A stretch of 64,000 nucleotides of DNA from Convolutriloba macropyga (taxonomy: Eukaryota), in contig NC_134476.1 of NCBI RefSeq assembly GCF_964194025.1, positions 37,386,001 to 37,450,000 on the forward strand, read 5' to 3'. The notes below the pieces were generated by a model. The model did not search any database and was not told where the DNA came from. It saw only the letters and a program-made list of their open reading frames with translations. Shown piece by piece: positions 49,150 to 63,099 of this stretch. The first letter of the stretch is position 1. Every line of letters begins with the position of its first letter. Position numbers and translations under genes: made by a program.

Positions 49150-50970
49150 GATAATAAAATTTCTGCTGGTTGAGGTTGCAGATGATGGTATTGATTATCA
49201 CCAGACAGCGTAGTAAAGGCGTTCAAACATAAGAACAAGCTCAAAAATTTCAAGTTTAAAGTAACATTTACAAAACAAAATTTGTAAAAGCAACCGACCG
49301 ACCTTCAGACTGTTTTCTGTTTTGTGGAAAACTATAGCGACTGTAAACTTGAACATAAAATTGAAAATAGTCAAAGCAGAATACTATAAGTATTTACTGA
49401 TAAGTGCGTGGAATTTAAATTCAAAACATTTGTGCGTTCTCTGGTTATGCCGTTACTATCATCATGTAGTACTTTTGAGCCAGTTTACCAAAAACAACAT
49501 GAAAAAACATAATCGACTACCGTCTCTCGAAACATCTGAAGTTTGTCTCGCTTTGATTGTTGGAACTATTTTCAGCTTAAGAAAGCTAGCCTCAATTGAA
49601 GAGAACAGTGCTGAGTGAGTAGAAAAAAGACATGTGGACATAAAGACAGTGTGGACATAGAGTCATACGGGTCATCAACATCCTGAAGGTCGTCAAATTT
49701 AACCAGTTTTTGCAACTCCTAAAAACGGGAAATCACAAAACTGGTTTGTCAGAGACAAAAATAGACAAAAATTCCAAAAGGAAGAACATGATGGCTGAAC
49801 TTCGTCTTACGGAAATCAGAAGAAAAAAATTGAAAAACTGCCAACTATATTCTTAATATACATAACAAAAAGTTGAAAAATAAAACATTGAAGCCCTGAG
49901 ATAACTCAGCCAGATCCCAGAAGAAACAGTCAGATTTATTATACAAGATGTATTTATTATTCTAGGAGGAACATAAAGCACATTTAGTTAAATCATAGTG
50001 ATATTCAAAATATGCATGTAAAACTGAAAAGCAAATGAAAAAAAAATTGATCAACAAAAACGCATATGGACTCGAAGTATTCTAAAAATGAATCAAAATA
50101 GATAAACTGTAGTCGTTAACTTATTAAATAATTACCAAATCGTCATCTATGTTCCTAATAATGTTAACTAATAAATACAAATGAAAGCTTTCTTGATTTT
50201 GGATAACAACCCTAAAAAACTTGGCCTAGGCAACTCAGACAACAGTTTGTACCTATTAAAAAAATCTTTGTTATTTTTATATATCCATTAACAATTTTAG
50301 CTGGAAAATTTGCTGCTTTCTGTAAGCCTTTCGCGTCCCATCAATTTAGGAAAACATGGACTGCTTATTCATGCTAAAACGGATGCTAAGGTGGTCCGAG
50401 AGACTTTTTACAGGGTCCTGGAAGAATAAACCTGGATCCCAGAGCTGTGCAGCTGTGAAGTATTTTGTCCATTCGTACGGATAAATTACCCTGAAATTAT
50501 GTTCATTATTCTTTCGGTTTAGTGCTCTCGAAAGCTGAAAAGCGTTGTTAATTTTGCAGGTTTTAACGATCAGAGAAGTTCCACCAATGAAATAAGAAGG
50601 ATTTAATAAACATCAAGTTTAATCCCTCAAATGTTTTAGTGCCCAATAGTAGCATTTTAACCAATCTAAATTAAACAAGAAGCTACGGCCGTCCTGGGTT
50701 CCATCGATCACTTGGCTGAGACTCATAAAAGAACAACCTTATACTCAAAGCTGAGTACGCTTAAAAGTTCTAGATGCAGGTCATATTGAAGATCTCCACG
50801 CTGCACTCGACAGAGTTCTTCAGAACACATAACCGTGCATCAAAATTCCATCCAATGATAACTGGGAATTGGTGCCCGACATAAAAGAATAGATTGAAAA
50901 ACTGAAATAGGAGTTTCTCAATGCAGACTAATTTTTATTGTTCTCAACAAGAACAAAGAGGGGCAAACTT
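49150..50970. repeat. Old segmental duplication, copy 1 (copy 2 at ~55270-57790)
   Basis: Collinear matches 49157/55277, 49441/55620, 49889/56065, 50130/56525, 50600/57090, 50870/57690. Confidence 0.85.
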
Positions 50971-53900
50971 TTTGCCGATTGTTTTGATCAAGTCTTGAAG
51001 CCTTTTGCTGAAAAGCAATGTTTGCAAGCTTATGGTTATGGCCGCAGAAAACTCTCCACACTTAATTCTCCCATATGTGAAAACTGAAAAAATAGTCCTG
51101 TTACAAAAAATTACCGAGGCAGCTTGAACTGTGGTGTAGAGTCAACTCTGAAACAATTTAACAAATTCAAATAAAAGCAAAAATGACAAACCCAACTAAG
51201 TTACCAATAAAAGACCTTCCATCAGAGATCCTCGACTAAGGACACAAGGAGTGGACACTGTTCATGGAGTTTAGACCCCAACGCATAAAGACGAGTTCTG
51301 CCATTCTTTATAGAGAACCCAGCCAACATTTCGACATTTCGAAAACTTTGTCCAACATTTCAATCAGATTGGTCTCCGCAGAAATTCATGACAACCATTT
51401 GGCTGCATACAACACTTCTCGCTTCATACCTTACAGAAAGTATTCTGGCGTTCAACCAAATGGCGTTGAATGGATCTTGTTCGTGGGCGCCGTATAATAG
51501 AGAAAAGTGTCATAAAGCGCACTAAAATTGACTTGCGTTTTCTTGTAGGCAACAGCCAGCTCCATCGGCCAAAAATGTTGGATTGAAAATGCCAATCGTT
51601 CAATGCGGTCAACTTATGATGCTTCCGGCGATGAAGCAGTATTAACGGTCGGTAACAGTTTGCATTCAAGTACCTCAATCGACATTTAGCTCAAAAGTAT
51701 TCAAAAACTTGTCGTGCTCGAAGCTAATTGGCTCCAATTTCATAAACAGCTCCATCCGACTTGTTTGTTGCCGGCCCCAACGCATAAAAGACGAGTTCTG
51801 CCATTCTTTACAAAGAACCCAGCCAACATTTCGACATTTCGAAAACTTTGTCCAGCATTTCAATCAGATTGGTCCTCGGAGAAATTCATGACAACCATTT
51901 GGCTGCATACAACACTTCTCGCTTTATACCTTACAGAAAGTATTCTGGCGTTCAACCAAATGGCGTTGAATGGATCTTGTTCGTGGGCGCCGTATAATAG
52001 AGAAAGGTGTCATAAAGCGCACTAAAATTGACTTGCGTTTTCTTGTAGGCAACAGCCAGCTCCATCGGCCAAAAATGTTGGATTGAAAATGCCAATCGTT
52101 CAATGCGGTCAACTTATGATGCTTCCAGCGATGAAGCAGTATTAACAGTCGGTAAAAGTTTGCATTCAAGTACCTCAATCGACCTTTAGCTCAAAAGTAT
52201 TCGAAAACTTGTCGTGCTCGAAGCTAATTGGCTCCAATTTCATAAACAGCTCCATCCGACTTGTTTGTTGCCGGCCCCAACGCATAAAAGACGAGTTCTG
52301 CCATTCTTTACAGAGAACCCAGCCAACATTTCGACATTTCGAAAACTTTGTCCAACATTTCAATCAGATTGGTCCTCGGAGAAATTCATGACAACCATTT
52401 GGCTGCATACAACACTTCTCGCTTTATACCTTACAGAAAGTATTCTGGCGTTCAACCAAATGGCGTTGAATGGATCTTGTTCGTGGGCGCCGTATAATAG
52501 AGAAAGGTGTCATAAAGCGCACTAAAATTGACTTGCGTTTTCTTGTAGGCAACAGCCAGCTCCATCGGCCAAAAATGTTGGATTGAAAATGCCAATCGTT
52601 CAATGCGGTCAACTTATGATGCTTCCAGCGATGAAGCAGTATTAACAGTCGGTAAAAGTTTGCATTCAAGTACATCAATCGACCTTTAGCTCAAAAGTAT
52701 TCGAAAACTTGTCGTGCTCGAAGCTAATTGGCTCCAATTTCATAAACAGCTCCATCCGACTTGTTTGTTGCCGGCACAAGCCTACAATCATAAGAAGGCT
52801 ACAACCGGGGAGACTCACTTGCCAAAGTAATGTACGGCATAGCCGTACCTCCACTGGTTGAGCTCACGCGCAAACTGAAGGCAACGTAAATACGTTAAGC
52901 AGACGATGGCAGTGCTGTAGGAAAACTGGAGAACCCACAAAATTTTTCAACAGTTTCATCAATCAGGGAAAGATTTTTGGATAAATAATAATTGCTGCAT
53001 TATGGTAATTGATTGCAAAGCATCATGCGATATCCAAAGCATCATGCGATATCCTAAGATGTTTTAAGAAAAATTGAAATCGATAAAGCAAACGGTTGCC
53101 ATACTTTTCAATCGCAGCAAAGAGTCTGGTTAATCCTTCCAAGCAACAGCACAGCAAAACTCTCAACATACTTCAGAATCTTCTACTGGTGTCTCACGAG
53201 AGGTGTTAACAAAATATTTTGGATTCTCGCTCGAACGACCCCTAACGCTCAAAACATTTTGTTCGATGATCAGAACAGCATTCAAAATACTTGCTGTCAC
53301 CGTTCCTTGACCCGCTTGTCAGCAAAAGAGCACGCTTGATGTATTCGCTACCAAATCCATATAAGGCGTTCAACCTCGTGGGTTCATTGGATTACGACAT
53401 GGGCTACACTGCGTCATCTGCCGCTGTTGAGTTTCCTGGGAATAAAGATCAGTAAAAATTGACCTCATACAGGAGAGCATTACTATCAGGTGTTGCCTGA
53501 TTGGAATTGAATTAACAATAACCTATAATTGGCTAACTGCCTTGCCACTGAAACGTAATGTTCGTCAAAACCAAAATGCCGTGACGGTTTTTACATTCGA
53601 TGAAGTGGTAATGCAAAAGTGCTCCTGTCTATAACCCTCGTAGCGACAATTTCAATCCGAAACCTGCTATAAATTGTACAAAGTCGATTATTTCAACATG
53701 AGTTTAATGACGACACATTTGCAAAGTAATGTATAATGTATACAATGGCGTTGAATTTGAATCATCATCTGTTCAGATGCCGGAAAAGCCAAAAAGTGGA
53801 AGTTTTATAAGAAACCTACAACCATTGATGACAACGCTAATACAATGACTTGACAACACCTTTAACAACTGTTATGACAACAAAAAAATCTCTGCATGTC

Positions 53901-54290
53901 TACATTCAGCAAAACTTTCTTCAAGGTACAATTTTTTGCCCGAGTCAGGACCACAAAAAAACAAAGGAGGCCCACAACATAAACATAGGAAGCCAACATA
54001 AACAACGCGTTATGAGAACTGAAGACAAACAATTCTGTTTCAATTCTTGTTCTAGACTCGAACATTCAGGGCCTTCTGCAACACACACTATAAAAAAACT
54101 AGCATCAGAAATCTTCAGAAAGAAACACCAGACATACTCGGCTGCAAAAACATATATTCAAATGAAGAGAAAATTTTCACTCCTGTGCAGCGCCATTTAA
54201 TGTCTTGGAGGTTGCCATGGTATAAACATTTAACTGAGGTTGGTGATACCTGTAGCATTGTATTGTGGGAGGGAAATATAGAAATGTAAA
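50700..54290 (+). mobile_element. Decayed, near full-length CRE-like element
   Basis: AYNTSRFIPYRKYSGVQPNG, RRIIEK, GNSQL, AFKYLNR, GDSLAKVMYGIA, ADDGSAVGKL, KFSLLCSAI*CLGGC; 5' boundary approximate. Confidence 0.75.
51276..52775 (+). repeat. Tandem triplication, 500-bp unit inside the CRE-like RT
   Basis: Units start at 51276, 51775 and 52275; near-identical. Confidence 0.97.
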
Positions 54291-56185
54291 TATTATAAAA
54301 CAAAACTATCCTTCGACGCGGCTCCTGGAGCTTAGCATATAGCTCCAAGTTTGAAATACAACAAACTCTTGCGGTGAATTTAGATACGCTGAAGTGATGT
54401 ATCAAAGTGAAGCCTCACTGGTCTGTCCATTGGATAGATCACTACTACTGCTAGTACTAGAGCAGCGCCAACATTATATGCTATTGCTGTAAAAATTTTT
54501 GCAGTTGAAGAGTGTTTTTCATACATAAATCGATCCGAAAACACTTCAATAAGAATATTGTAATGGCACAGCAAGATGCCTTTGAAGACAAATAATTATT
54601 CCAGATTATCAAATAATCACAAAAAAACCTAACTAAGGATGAAGTTTGAGAAACGTATAACGGCTTTGGGTTTGAAGAAGCTGAGAAAGTAATGAATGTG
54701 GTGTGTGAGCTGTACACTGTAACCTTATTAGGAGGGGGCAGTTTGAGCACCACACGTATATAAAAATAAAAATAGAAAATCGGGGCCTGAGGATAAATAT
54801 ATAGTTCAAATTCTATTTTAATTCCATATATATGGCTTACAAAAGATGGACAGGGGACAAAAACTGAGAAATGAAATTTGATATAACAAAGCTCGCACAT
54901 CGAGCAATATCATCAAAACTGGCATATCAGTGTTGACTAAGGTAAACTACCTGGGGGACAGAACCACTATTGGTATGGATCGAATGTTCGACATTTATTC
55001 AGTCACTAAAAACTTTTAAATCACGCTTTTTTTACAAATTTTTTCTGCTGACACTTTCTGGTAATTCAATTTTGTTCTTGTATTTTCGTCAGATACCAGG
55101 CTCAACCATTTCAATGTTAGCAGGCCAATTTAAGGCACTTTTCGAAGCTCGACAAGACATTTTTCAGTCGCCTTAGCTTTAGCATTTTGATTTCTCAGCA
55201 ATTTTTTTTGCCGATCATTAAGTATCTATGTTTTCATACACTCTGTAAAATCTGTAGTTGTTCGTCGTAGATGAAAAAAATTTCTGCTAGTTGAGGTTCA
55301 AGATGATGGCATTGATTATCATCAGACAAGGTAGTAAAGTCGTCCAAACATAAGAACAAGCTCAAAAGTTTTGAGTTCAAAGTATCCAGAACCAAACTTT
55401 TTTCGCAAATGCAACTGAACAATCTCAAGACTGCCTTCTGTTTTGTGAGACACTTTAACTACTGTAAACTTGAAAATAAAAATGCAAACTTTGAAGCCCA
55501 ATTCATCTGTTTCTCCAAAGAAAGCACTAAACTGATTTGTTGAACTGATTTGAAGTAGTCATAGCAGATTACTCTAATGAAAATACGTCGAATTGTAAAT
55601 CAAAATATTTGTTCTGTCACTGGTTATGCCGTTCCTATCATGAAGTAAATTTTTTGAGCCTGTTTACCAAAATTAACATAGAGAATTCAATTCGACCACT
55701 GTCGGACGAACTGCTCTCGAACATCTGACGTTGTCCTCGCTTTGATTGTTGCAAACATTTTAAGCTCAAGAAAGCTAACCTGACTGAAAAAGAACATTGA
55801 TTAGAAAAAAGTGTGGGACATGGAGGCACTGGAGCATATGGGTGGTCAACAGCAACTGAAGGCCATCAAGCCCATCCAGTTGGTTCAACTCATAAGACGG
55901 GAAGTCACAAAACTTGTTTGTCAGAAAGTAAAATCAGACAATAATTCCAAACGGAAGAACATGGTGGCTGAACTTCATCTGATAGGTACCAGACACTGGA
56001 AAAAATGGAAAATCTACCAATTGCAATCTTAATATACATGACGAAAAACTCAATCCAAAAAAATGAAGCCTTGAGATAACTCAGCCAGATTTCAGAAAAA
56101 AAAGTCAGCAAGACAGAGCAAGGTTAAAATATCCAATAAAACCACTACTGAGAGAAATCTGCGGAAATTGTTTCTACAAACAGAG

Positions 56186-56385
56186 NNNNNNNNNNNNNNN
56201 NNNNNNNNNNNNNNNNNNNNNNNNNNNNNNNNNNNNNNNNNNNNNNNNNNNNNNNNNNNNNNNNNNNNNNNNNNNNNNNNNNNNNNNNNNNNNNNNNNNN
56301 NNNNNNNNNNNNNNNNNNNNNNNNNNNNNNNNNNNNNNNNNNNNNNNNNNNNNNNNNNNNNNNNNNNNNNNNNNNNNNNNNNNNN
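56186..56385. other. Assembly gap (200 N)
   Basis: Run of exactly 200 N. Confidence 1.
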
Positions 56386-56620
56386 AAATAACAGCGCGAT
56401 TCATAATATGCACTTCGGGCATAGAAGACAAATGAAGAAAGTGAAACAACAGGAACAACATAAGTTTGAATTATTCTACAAATAGACCCAAATAGTTTAA
56501 ACGTAGTGATAAACGTATTGTAAAATTACCAAATAGTCAGCAATGATCCTAATAATGTTGACTCACAAATACAATTGAAAGCTTCCTTGATGTTGGCTCA
56601 CAACCCTAGAAAACATTCAC

Positions 56621-56930
56621 AACCCTAAAAATCTTTGTTTTTATTAAATATCCATAAACAAATTTAGCTGGAAAAGTTTCTGCTTTCTGTAAGCCTTTTG
56701 CTTCCCAGCAATTTAGCAGAACATGGACTGATAACATGGTCCGAGAGACTTTTTGCAGGATTCTCACGTAAATAAACCCTAAAAATCTTTGTTTTTATTA
56801 AATATCCATAAACAAATTTAGCTGGGAAAGTTTCCGCTTTCTGTAAGCCTTTTGCTTCCCAGCAATTTAGCAGAACATGGACTGATAACATGGTCCGAGA
56901 GACTTTTTGCAGGATTCTCACGTAAATAAA
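56621..56930 (+). repeat. Tandem duplication 2 x 154 bp
   Basis: aaccctaaaaatctttg at 56621 and 56775. Confidence 0.92.
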
Positions 56931-57798
56931 CCTGGATCCCAGATATGTGAAAAATTCTGTTCATTCATACGGAGGGACAACCCTGAAATGTGTTGTCAGT
57001 ATTCTTTTGTTTTAAAGCTCTTGAAAGCTCAAAACCGTTGTTAACATTGCAAGCTTTAACAAGCATAGAAGTTCCGGCAATGAATTCAAAAGGATTTAAT
57101 AAACATCAAGTTTAATCTTTCAAATGTTATAGTGCTCAATACTAGCCTTGACACCAATCTAAATTAAACAGGAAGCTAAAAACTTTTGATATGGCTTTAA
57201 AAAACATCCTGTTCAATATATTCGCCTCAATATATTAGTTTTAATTTTTATCATTTCTACGCTCCTTTTTCATACTAGGGCAAAAAATTTTCCACAAAAA
57301 AATTGAATTTGTTAATGCCTTTGGTCCACACTAAATCTTTGTTCTTTCCCTCACGCAAAGTTTTTGGAATTTGTGCCTGATATCTTGCATACGAGAAATT
57401 CAAAGATTAGGCAGATGAGTTTCTGAGACGGAAACAGCTTCGCAACGGCAGTAAACATTGCAAGGCTACAGCACGTACGCTGTAGCAGCCTGAAGCTTGC
57501 ACCGACAATCATCATGGGTTACATCGCATCATTTAACTTACACTTATAAAAGAACAGCCACGTGCTCAGTAAACAGTACGCTGGAAGGTCCTAAACGCAG
57601 ATCGTATTGAAAATCTCAGCGCTTTAGACACGGCTCCTTAGAACGCCTCACCGTGCTACCGAATGCTATCCAATGATATCTGGGATTTCGTGCCCGACAT
57701 CAAAAGAGTAGATTGAAAAACTGATATAGAAGTTTCTCAATGAAGATCAAAATTCATTATTCTCAGCAAGAACAAAGCAGGGCAAAAGTTTTGAAGCA

Positions 57799-58222
57799 TG
57801 TGCTATCCCTGACTGTAGAGATACGTATTTGTTCAACAAATCCACTTAAAAACTGTAGAGTGGGATTCGAGGTGCGAATCCAAGCTGTTACTAATTAGTG
57901 GGATCACCACTTTTAGTTTTGTCTAGCAATTGAGCTACGAATGTAGCTGTATTTTATCTGACGTTGAAATCCTCCTCGAATCCAAATGGATTCTTCTTAT
58001 TGGAAAACAGAGTAGATTAAGAGCAACTGAATTAAGTGATGAAATTTAGGAGACTGAAAACTGATAATAATGGGTGATGTGAACAAACTGAAAAGATGAC
58101 TTATTAGTCGGCGGCAAAATTAACGTATGTGAATTATGACTTTTAATCAGACAAGGGCAACTTAAAGGCAAACTAAACTTAGACAACTGAACATGAACTT
58201 AATATCGTACAACCGTACCACA
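57799..58222 (-). repeat. 3' LTR of element C
   Basis: Starts TGTGGTACGG at 58222 after the purine-rich AGAGCCGAGGATA. The distal end is 57799 or 57814; no partner LTR is in the window. Confidence 0.65.
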
Positions 58223-58699
58223 TATCCTCGGCTCTAATTAAATTTTAAACTGCAACAGTGTAAAATTTAGGATAGTAATAACATATGTACTGGTTAGTAT
58301 AATTAGTAAAGTAATGAGAGCAGCAACAATCAACAGACAATTATAGTGGAAAGGAGGGACGAATGCTGGCTAGATTACATCACATGGAAGTCCCTGACAG
58401 TTATTGTTAATCGTAAATACAATGCATAAATTATTGCACAATAGTGGTGCGTATCCCAAACGGATTAAATGATTGTGATTTACTGCGAGGAAACCAATTG
58501 AAATTTAACAATTTGAAAACTAAACACGTTCAAAAATAAATGGCGAACTTTAAGAGAAAATCAGGACAATTGTACTGCAAATCCAGATTTACGTTAAATA
58601 ACTGCTAATGGAATAAATTAAAATTGAAACATTGAAGGAATAAGTTATCAACAATAGTTGACTCAGTTTTTAATTTGGTTTTCTGCGTCGAAGACGCTC

Positions 58700-61600
58700 A
58701 TACTAATCTCCCTTGCATAGTCGTCGTAGTCGTATCTCTCCGGAGGCCAAGTTCCGACAGGGGGAGGTGCAGGAGGACTCACTACTGGGAGCTCAAATTC
58801 TGTTTCAGTTGCAGGAGGCTGTGGCGCCTCTTCTTGGAGAATCGTTTCAATAACCGGATTTGCAGTCTTTTGTCTTTTGGAAGCAGGGACAGAGTCATCG
58901 CTAATATAACAGACAGAATTCTCGAAAACAAAATAGTCCGGATCTCGTCGATTCCTTTTTGTTTTCGATGTGGACGGCGAAGCAGTTGACGAAGTGACCG
59001 ATGACGCAGCAGTAAAGGATGCATTGGACGTATTTAAATTGGTTGACGACTTGCTCGAGCGAGTACTTCCCGGTTGTGTTTCTTCGGTTTACGGGAAGAC
59101 ATGGCCTTCGAAATGTTGCTGTTAGCTGATGATGCATTGGACGTATTTAAATTGGTTGACGACTTGCTCGAGCGAGTACTTCCCGGTTGTGTTTCTTCGG
59201 TTTACGGGAAGACATGGCCTTCGAAATGTTGCTGTTAGCTGATGAGACTCCTGAGGCCGCCTCAGATTGGGTAGATCGATGGCGAATTTTGATCTTCCCA
59301 CGATATTTCTTTTTATGGTCCTTTTATGTGTTGGGCTATTTTTTCTTCCGTGGTTTTCTCATAGGGAAGAGGAGGACGTCTTTGAGCGTATTGCCATAAT
59401 TCTATAATTCTGTATTGCGTTCAGCGCGAGTGCCGAATTTCGCAATATCGCTGTTCCTCACACTTACCTCTTGAACTCCAGGTTCCTTAATAACTGTGGT
59501 CGTGTCAGAAGTGCGAACAACTGTACTGCCCGTGGGCCAATGTCTCCCATAGACCACGAAGATCTCTTTTGGACCTCTTAGACACTTTGCGTGCAAGTTT
59601 GATTTCTAGTGACTTTTCCGACCGTGGAATGGGGTTGTTTAGTTTCGGATGTATAATGAATCTGGACACCGATTTGTTCGTGTTACCATTGTAACGACGT
59701 CCTTCATCCACTTGTGCCTTTTGCATTGCCTCTTCGATGAGTCTGTCACTGCGGTCACCGGTCACCCATCCATTTTCATCGAGATAGTCCTCCATGGGAA
59801 CTGTGTCTGCGTCTAAATAGTGGTGAAGAATGTTTTCATATGATAAATTTGACGACTTTGGTATGGTGCTAATATTACTTAGTGGTGTATTTGGCTTTCT
59901 TCCAACATGTGCTTGGAAAGATGTTACATTTGTTGTCTTTTGTTTGCATATACGCAATTGATATACTATTGACTTTACTGCTTCCTTATTTGTGAATGTT
60001 TTATTTCTCTATCTAATTTCATGCAGCCTAAGCGTCTTTTAATAGTTTGTATCAAACGCTCTACTAATCCAATAGCTCTATGGTCATTAGCAGGAGCTGT
60101 GATTATGTTAATATTATGTTGTTTACAGAAATTCTTAACTTTATATCCTATTAAACAAAGAGCTTGATCTAATCTAATATTTCGGGGAACACCGTGTATT
60201 TGAATGTATTCATCTAAAAATTTAATTACATTAGGTCCGTTAGCTTTATCAAGGTCTTCTACAGTAGGGTATTTTGAAAAACGGTCAAAACATGCAAGAA
60301 AATGAATATCTTGATTCTTTTCATTTGTGATAGGGCCGCCAAAATCAATCTGTATTTCTTCATTTCAGAACAATTTAATGAAGGCTTCCATTTTGACGCC
60401 GGAACAACGGGTTTGAGGTTCTTACCAATATCAGTACAAGGCTTGCACAGAGCTGCCTTGCTTAGAATTTCTCGATGCATATATGGCCAAAATGCATATT
60501 GTCCCAGGGTTATCATACCCCAGCTGCAAGTGTGCGTGAGGTGGAGACTCTCGAGTACGGCGTCTTGGATGGAGTTTGGAATTGCCACACGTTCGTCCGC
60601 ACATACACAACCAGACCGTACGTGCGAGTCCGTCCAGTATGAGAACAAATATGGGTTCACCCCTTAACACCATTGTGGGTCATTTTGCAAGATGCAATCT
60701 TGCACCTCTTTAAGGACCGCGTCCTTACTGGTGAGGACGGCCAGGAATCCCTAAGTAAACAACTGCGTTAAGTTGTTTTCAAATACTTCCTCCTTCGATA
60801 ATTCCAAGTTAGAATTTTGGCCGTCATTTGAAGATTGGGTGGAGTTCACGGCAGAATTGGGGGTTGACTGGAATGTGACCCTGCTGTTTGTAGTAGGGGT
60901 TTGCGGGTCTTGTAGGAGGGGTTTGTCATATTGAATTGGAAGATTGAATGAATTTGAGTTGAATTTGCTTGAGATTTAAACTTTGGCTGGATTCGAGTTG
61001 AGTGTGTGTTTGAATTTGAATTAGGCTGGATTTGAGTTGCGTTTGCAGAGTTCTCAAGAAGCAACTGAGTGGTATTACGGTTGATGGCAGAACACAATTT
61101 AGAATAGTTTGTTCAGTGAGGATGTTTGGTACGTGTGGAATGTGTGTGATTGACGCTTCAAAAGTGCTGTGATTGACAGTTTTGCTGTGTGGTATTTACA
61201 TAAATTGCTGCAATAGCGTCACAAATGCGGGTAAATGTTGCTACCGCAAACTCCTCATCATATTTGTGTGCAACTTTTGCTTTTTGATTTTGTTGGCGGG
61301 AAATATAATCTACCAGCCCCATTTTTGCGCCTGGTATATGTTCAATATGAAAATCAAAAGGTAAAAGACGATCTATCCAACGGGTTAAACGACTATTATA
61401 AGATTTGTTAGACCGGTTTTCCTTCATAATTGAAAGTAGTGCTCGATGATCTGTGATGATTGTGAATGATTTGCCAAAAAAAATATTGTTTAAAATATTC
61501 AACGGACCACACAACTCCTAATAATTCTAATTCGTTAACACTGTAACGTTCCTCGTTTGAGTTGAGGAAACGAGACGCAAATGCAACCGTATGCCAACCT

Positions 61601-63050
61601 GTAGGCGAGCGTTGCTCTAATGCTGCTCGTAACCCCGCTCTAGATGCATCGCTTTTGATCCTCGTTTCCAAGTGTGGTTGCAACTTTATTTTTAATTGAT
61701 TGAAAGTGGGTTTCATGTTCATCATTCCAAACAAATTTTTCATTCTTTTTAAGTGATGGCCGTAGTGGGTGGAACAATTAAGATAGGTTAGGGATGAATT
61801 TTCCTATATAGTGAACAGAGCCTAAGAATGATCGTAGTTGTTTTAAGTTGTTTGGTGCTGGTAGTGATAAGATGGCCGCTGTTTTTGATTCAAGTGGTGC
61901 GATTCTTGACTGAGTAAATTTATGTCCTAATCATTCAATTTTGGTTTTAGCGAAGTGACATTTAGGTAGATTTATTCATAAATTATCCTCATCTAATTTC
62001 TTTAAACAATTATAGACTAACTTTAAGCGTTCTTCTTTAGAACCTCGACTAACTACGATTATCTTGTCCAAAAAGCAATAAGTATTTTGAAGTCCGACTA
62101 ATGTATAATCCATTACTTTTTGGAATGCCGCTGGAATATCAGTTAGTCCGTAGAAACCGGTAATAAAACGGTAGGTACCGGTTCCCTCACCACTAATAAT
62201 ATTAAAGTTACAATGCCGAGCCGTTTTCGGGTCTAGATTAAGTTGACTGTATGCGTACTTCAAATCCAAAGTCGAAAAATATGCTGTCTCTTGTGAAGCG
62301 TTTGTATTTAAATTTTGTTGAATCGTGTCAATTAAATTATCAATATTCGGCATTTGGTATTTATTTTTATGAATAGATTTATTCAAAATTTTGGAGTCTA
62401 AAGCCAGTTTAACTGTTTTATCTCTCTTTACTGTGATAACTATTGGGGAAATGAAGTTTTTATCTGAACAACTGTTTAATTTTATGATAGGTTTTTCGTC
62501 AAGTGGTTTTTTAAGTTCTGAATTAAATAATGGTTTTAAATTAATTGGGACTCGTCGTCCTTTTTGATTTGTAGGTGTACACTGTTATTGAAAAATGGGT
62601 TTTACTGAATGTGTCAATGATTTACCGATTCTTGTGATGAGACCTGGAAAATCAAATGCAATCTGTTTCTTGATTAAACATTGACTTTGATCAAAATTTG
62701 CGACTTGTTTCAATTGTGTGAGAGAAAAACCTAGCTTTGAGAAGAGATCTCGTCCAATGATGGGGAGATGACCATCTTCCACTACTGTTACATCAACGCC
62801 CGCGGCTATCTAGTCATTACTTTTGATTGATGTATTAATCACACCAGAAATCTTGATTATATCATTAGAGAAATTTTCAAGTCATGTATTTCTGGTGACT
62901 GTACCCAGTACCTTCCTTTGCACGCTGACACCACCGCGTTTGCGAGGCTTTTATTAATAATTGTGCACACGCTTCCTGAATCCACCAATGCTTTTGTCGT
63001 CGTATTCTCGATACAAATGTCCAAATTCACTGGTTCCACCTCGCGAGTGT
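58700..63050 (-). pseudogene. pol: pol of element C
   Basis: LVDSGS; FISPIVIT, LDLKYAYSQL, FLDK (mutated FLDD); SDASRAGL, ELELLGVVWS; HLTH..CKPC, HGVPRNIRLDQ, GLVER; many frameshifts. Confidence 0.92.
59018..59243 (+). repeat. Tandem duplication 2 x 113 bp in the pol tail of C
   Basis: gatgcattggacg at 59018 and 59131; apparently identical copies. Confidence 0.95.
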
Positions 63051-63099
63051 CGCTTTTTTAATTGAAATCGTCGCCACACAGTTATCATTATAGTCGTCA

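Larger units (their letters stand above)
55270..57790. repeat. Old segmental duplication, copy 2
   Basis: Homologous to 49150-50970; contains the gap and a 154-bp tandem; truncated by element C. Confidence 0.85.

Noticed and set aside
56168-56485. ORFs spanning X runs
   Set aside because: Artefact of the N gap.
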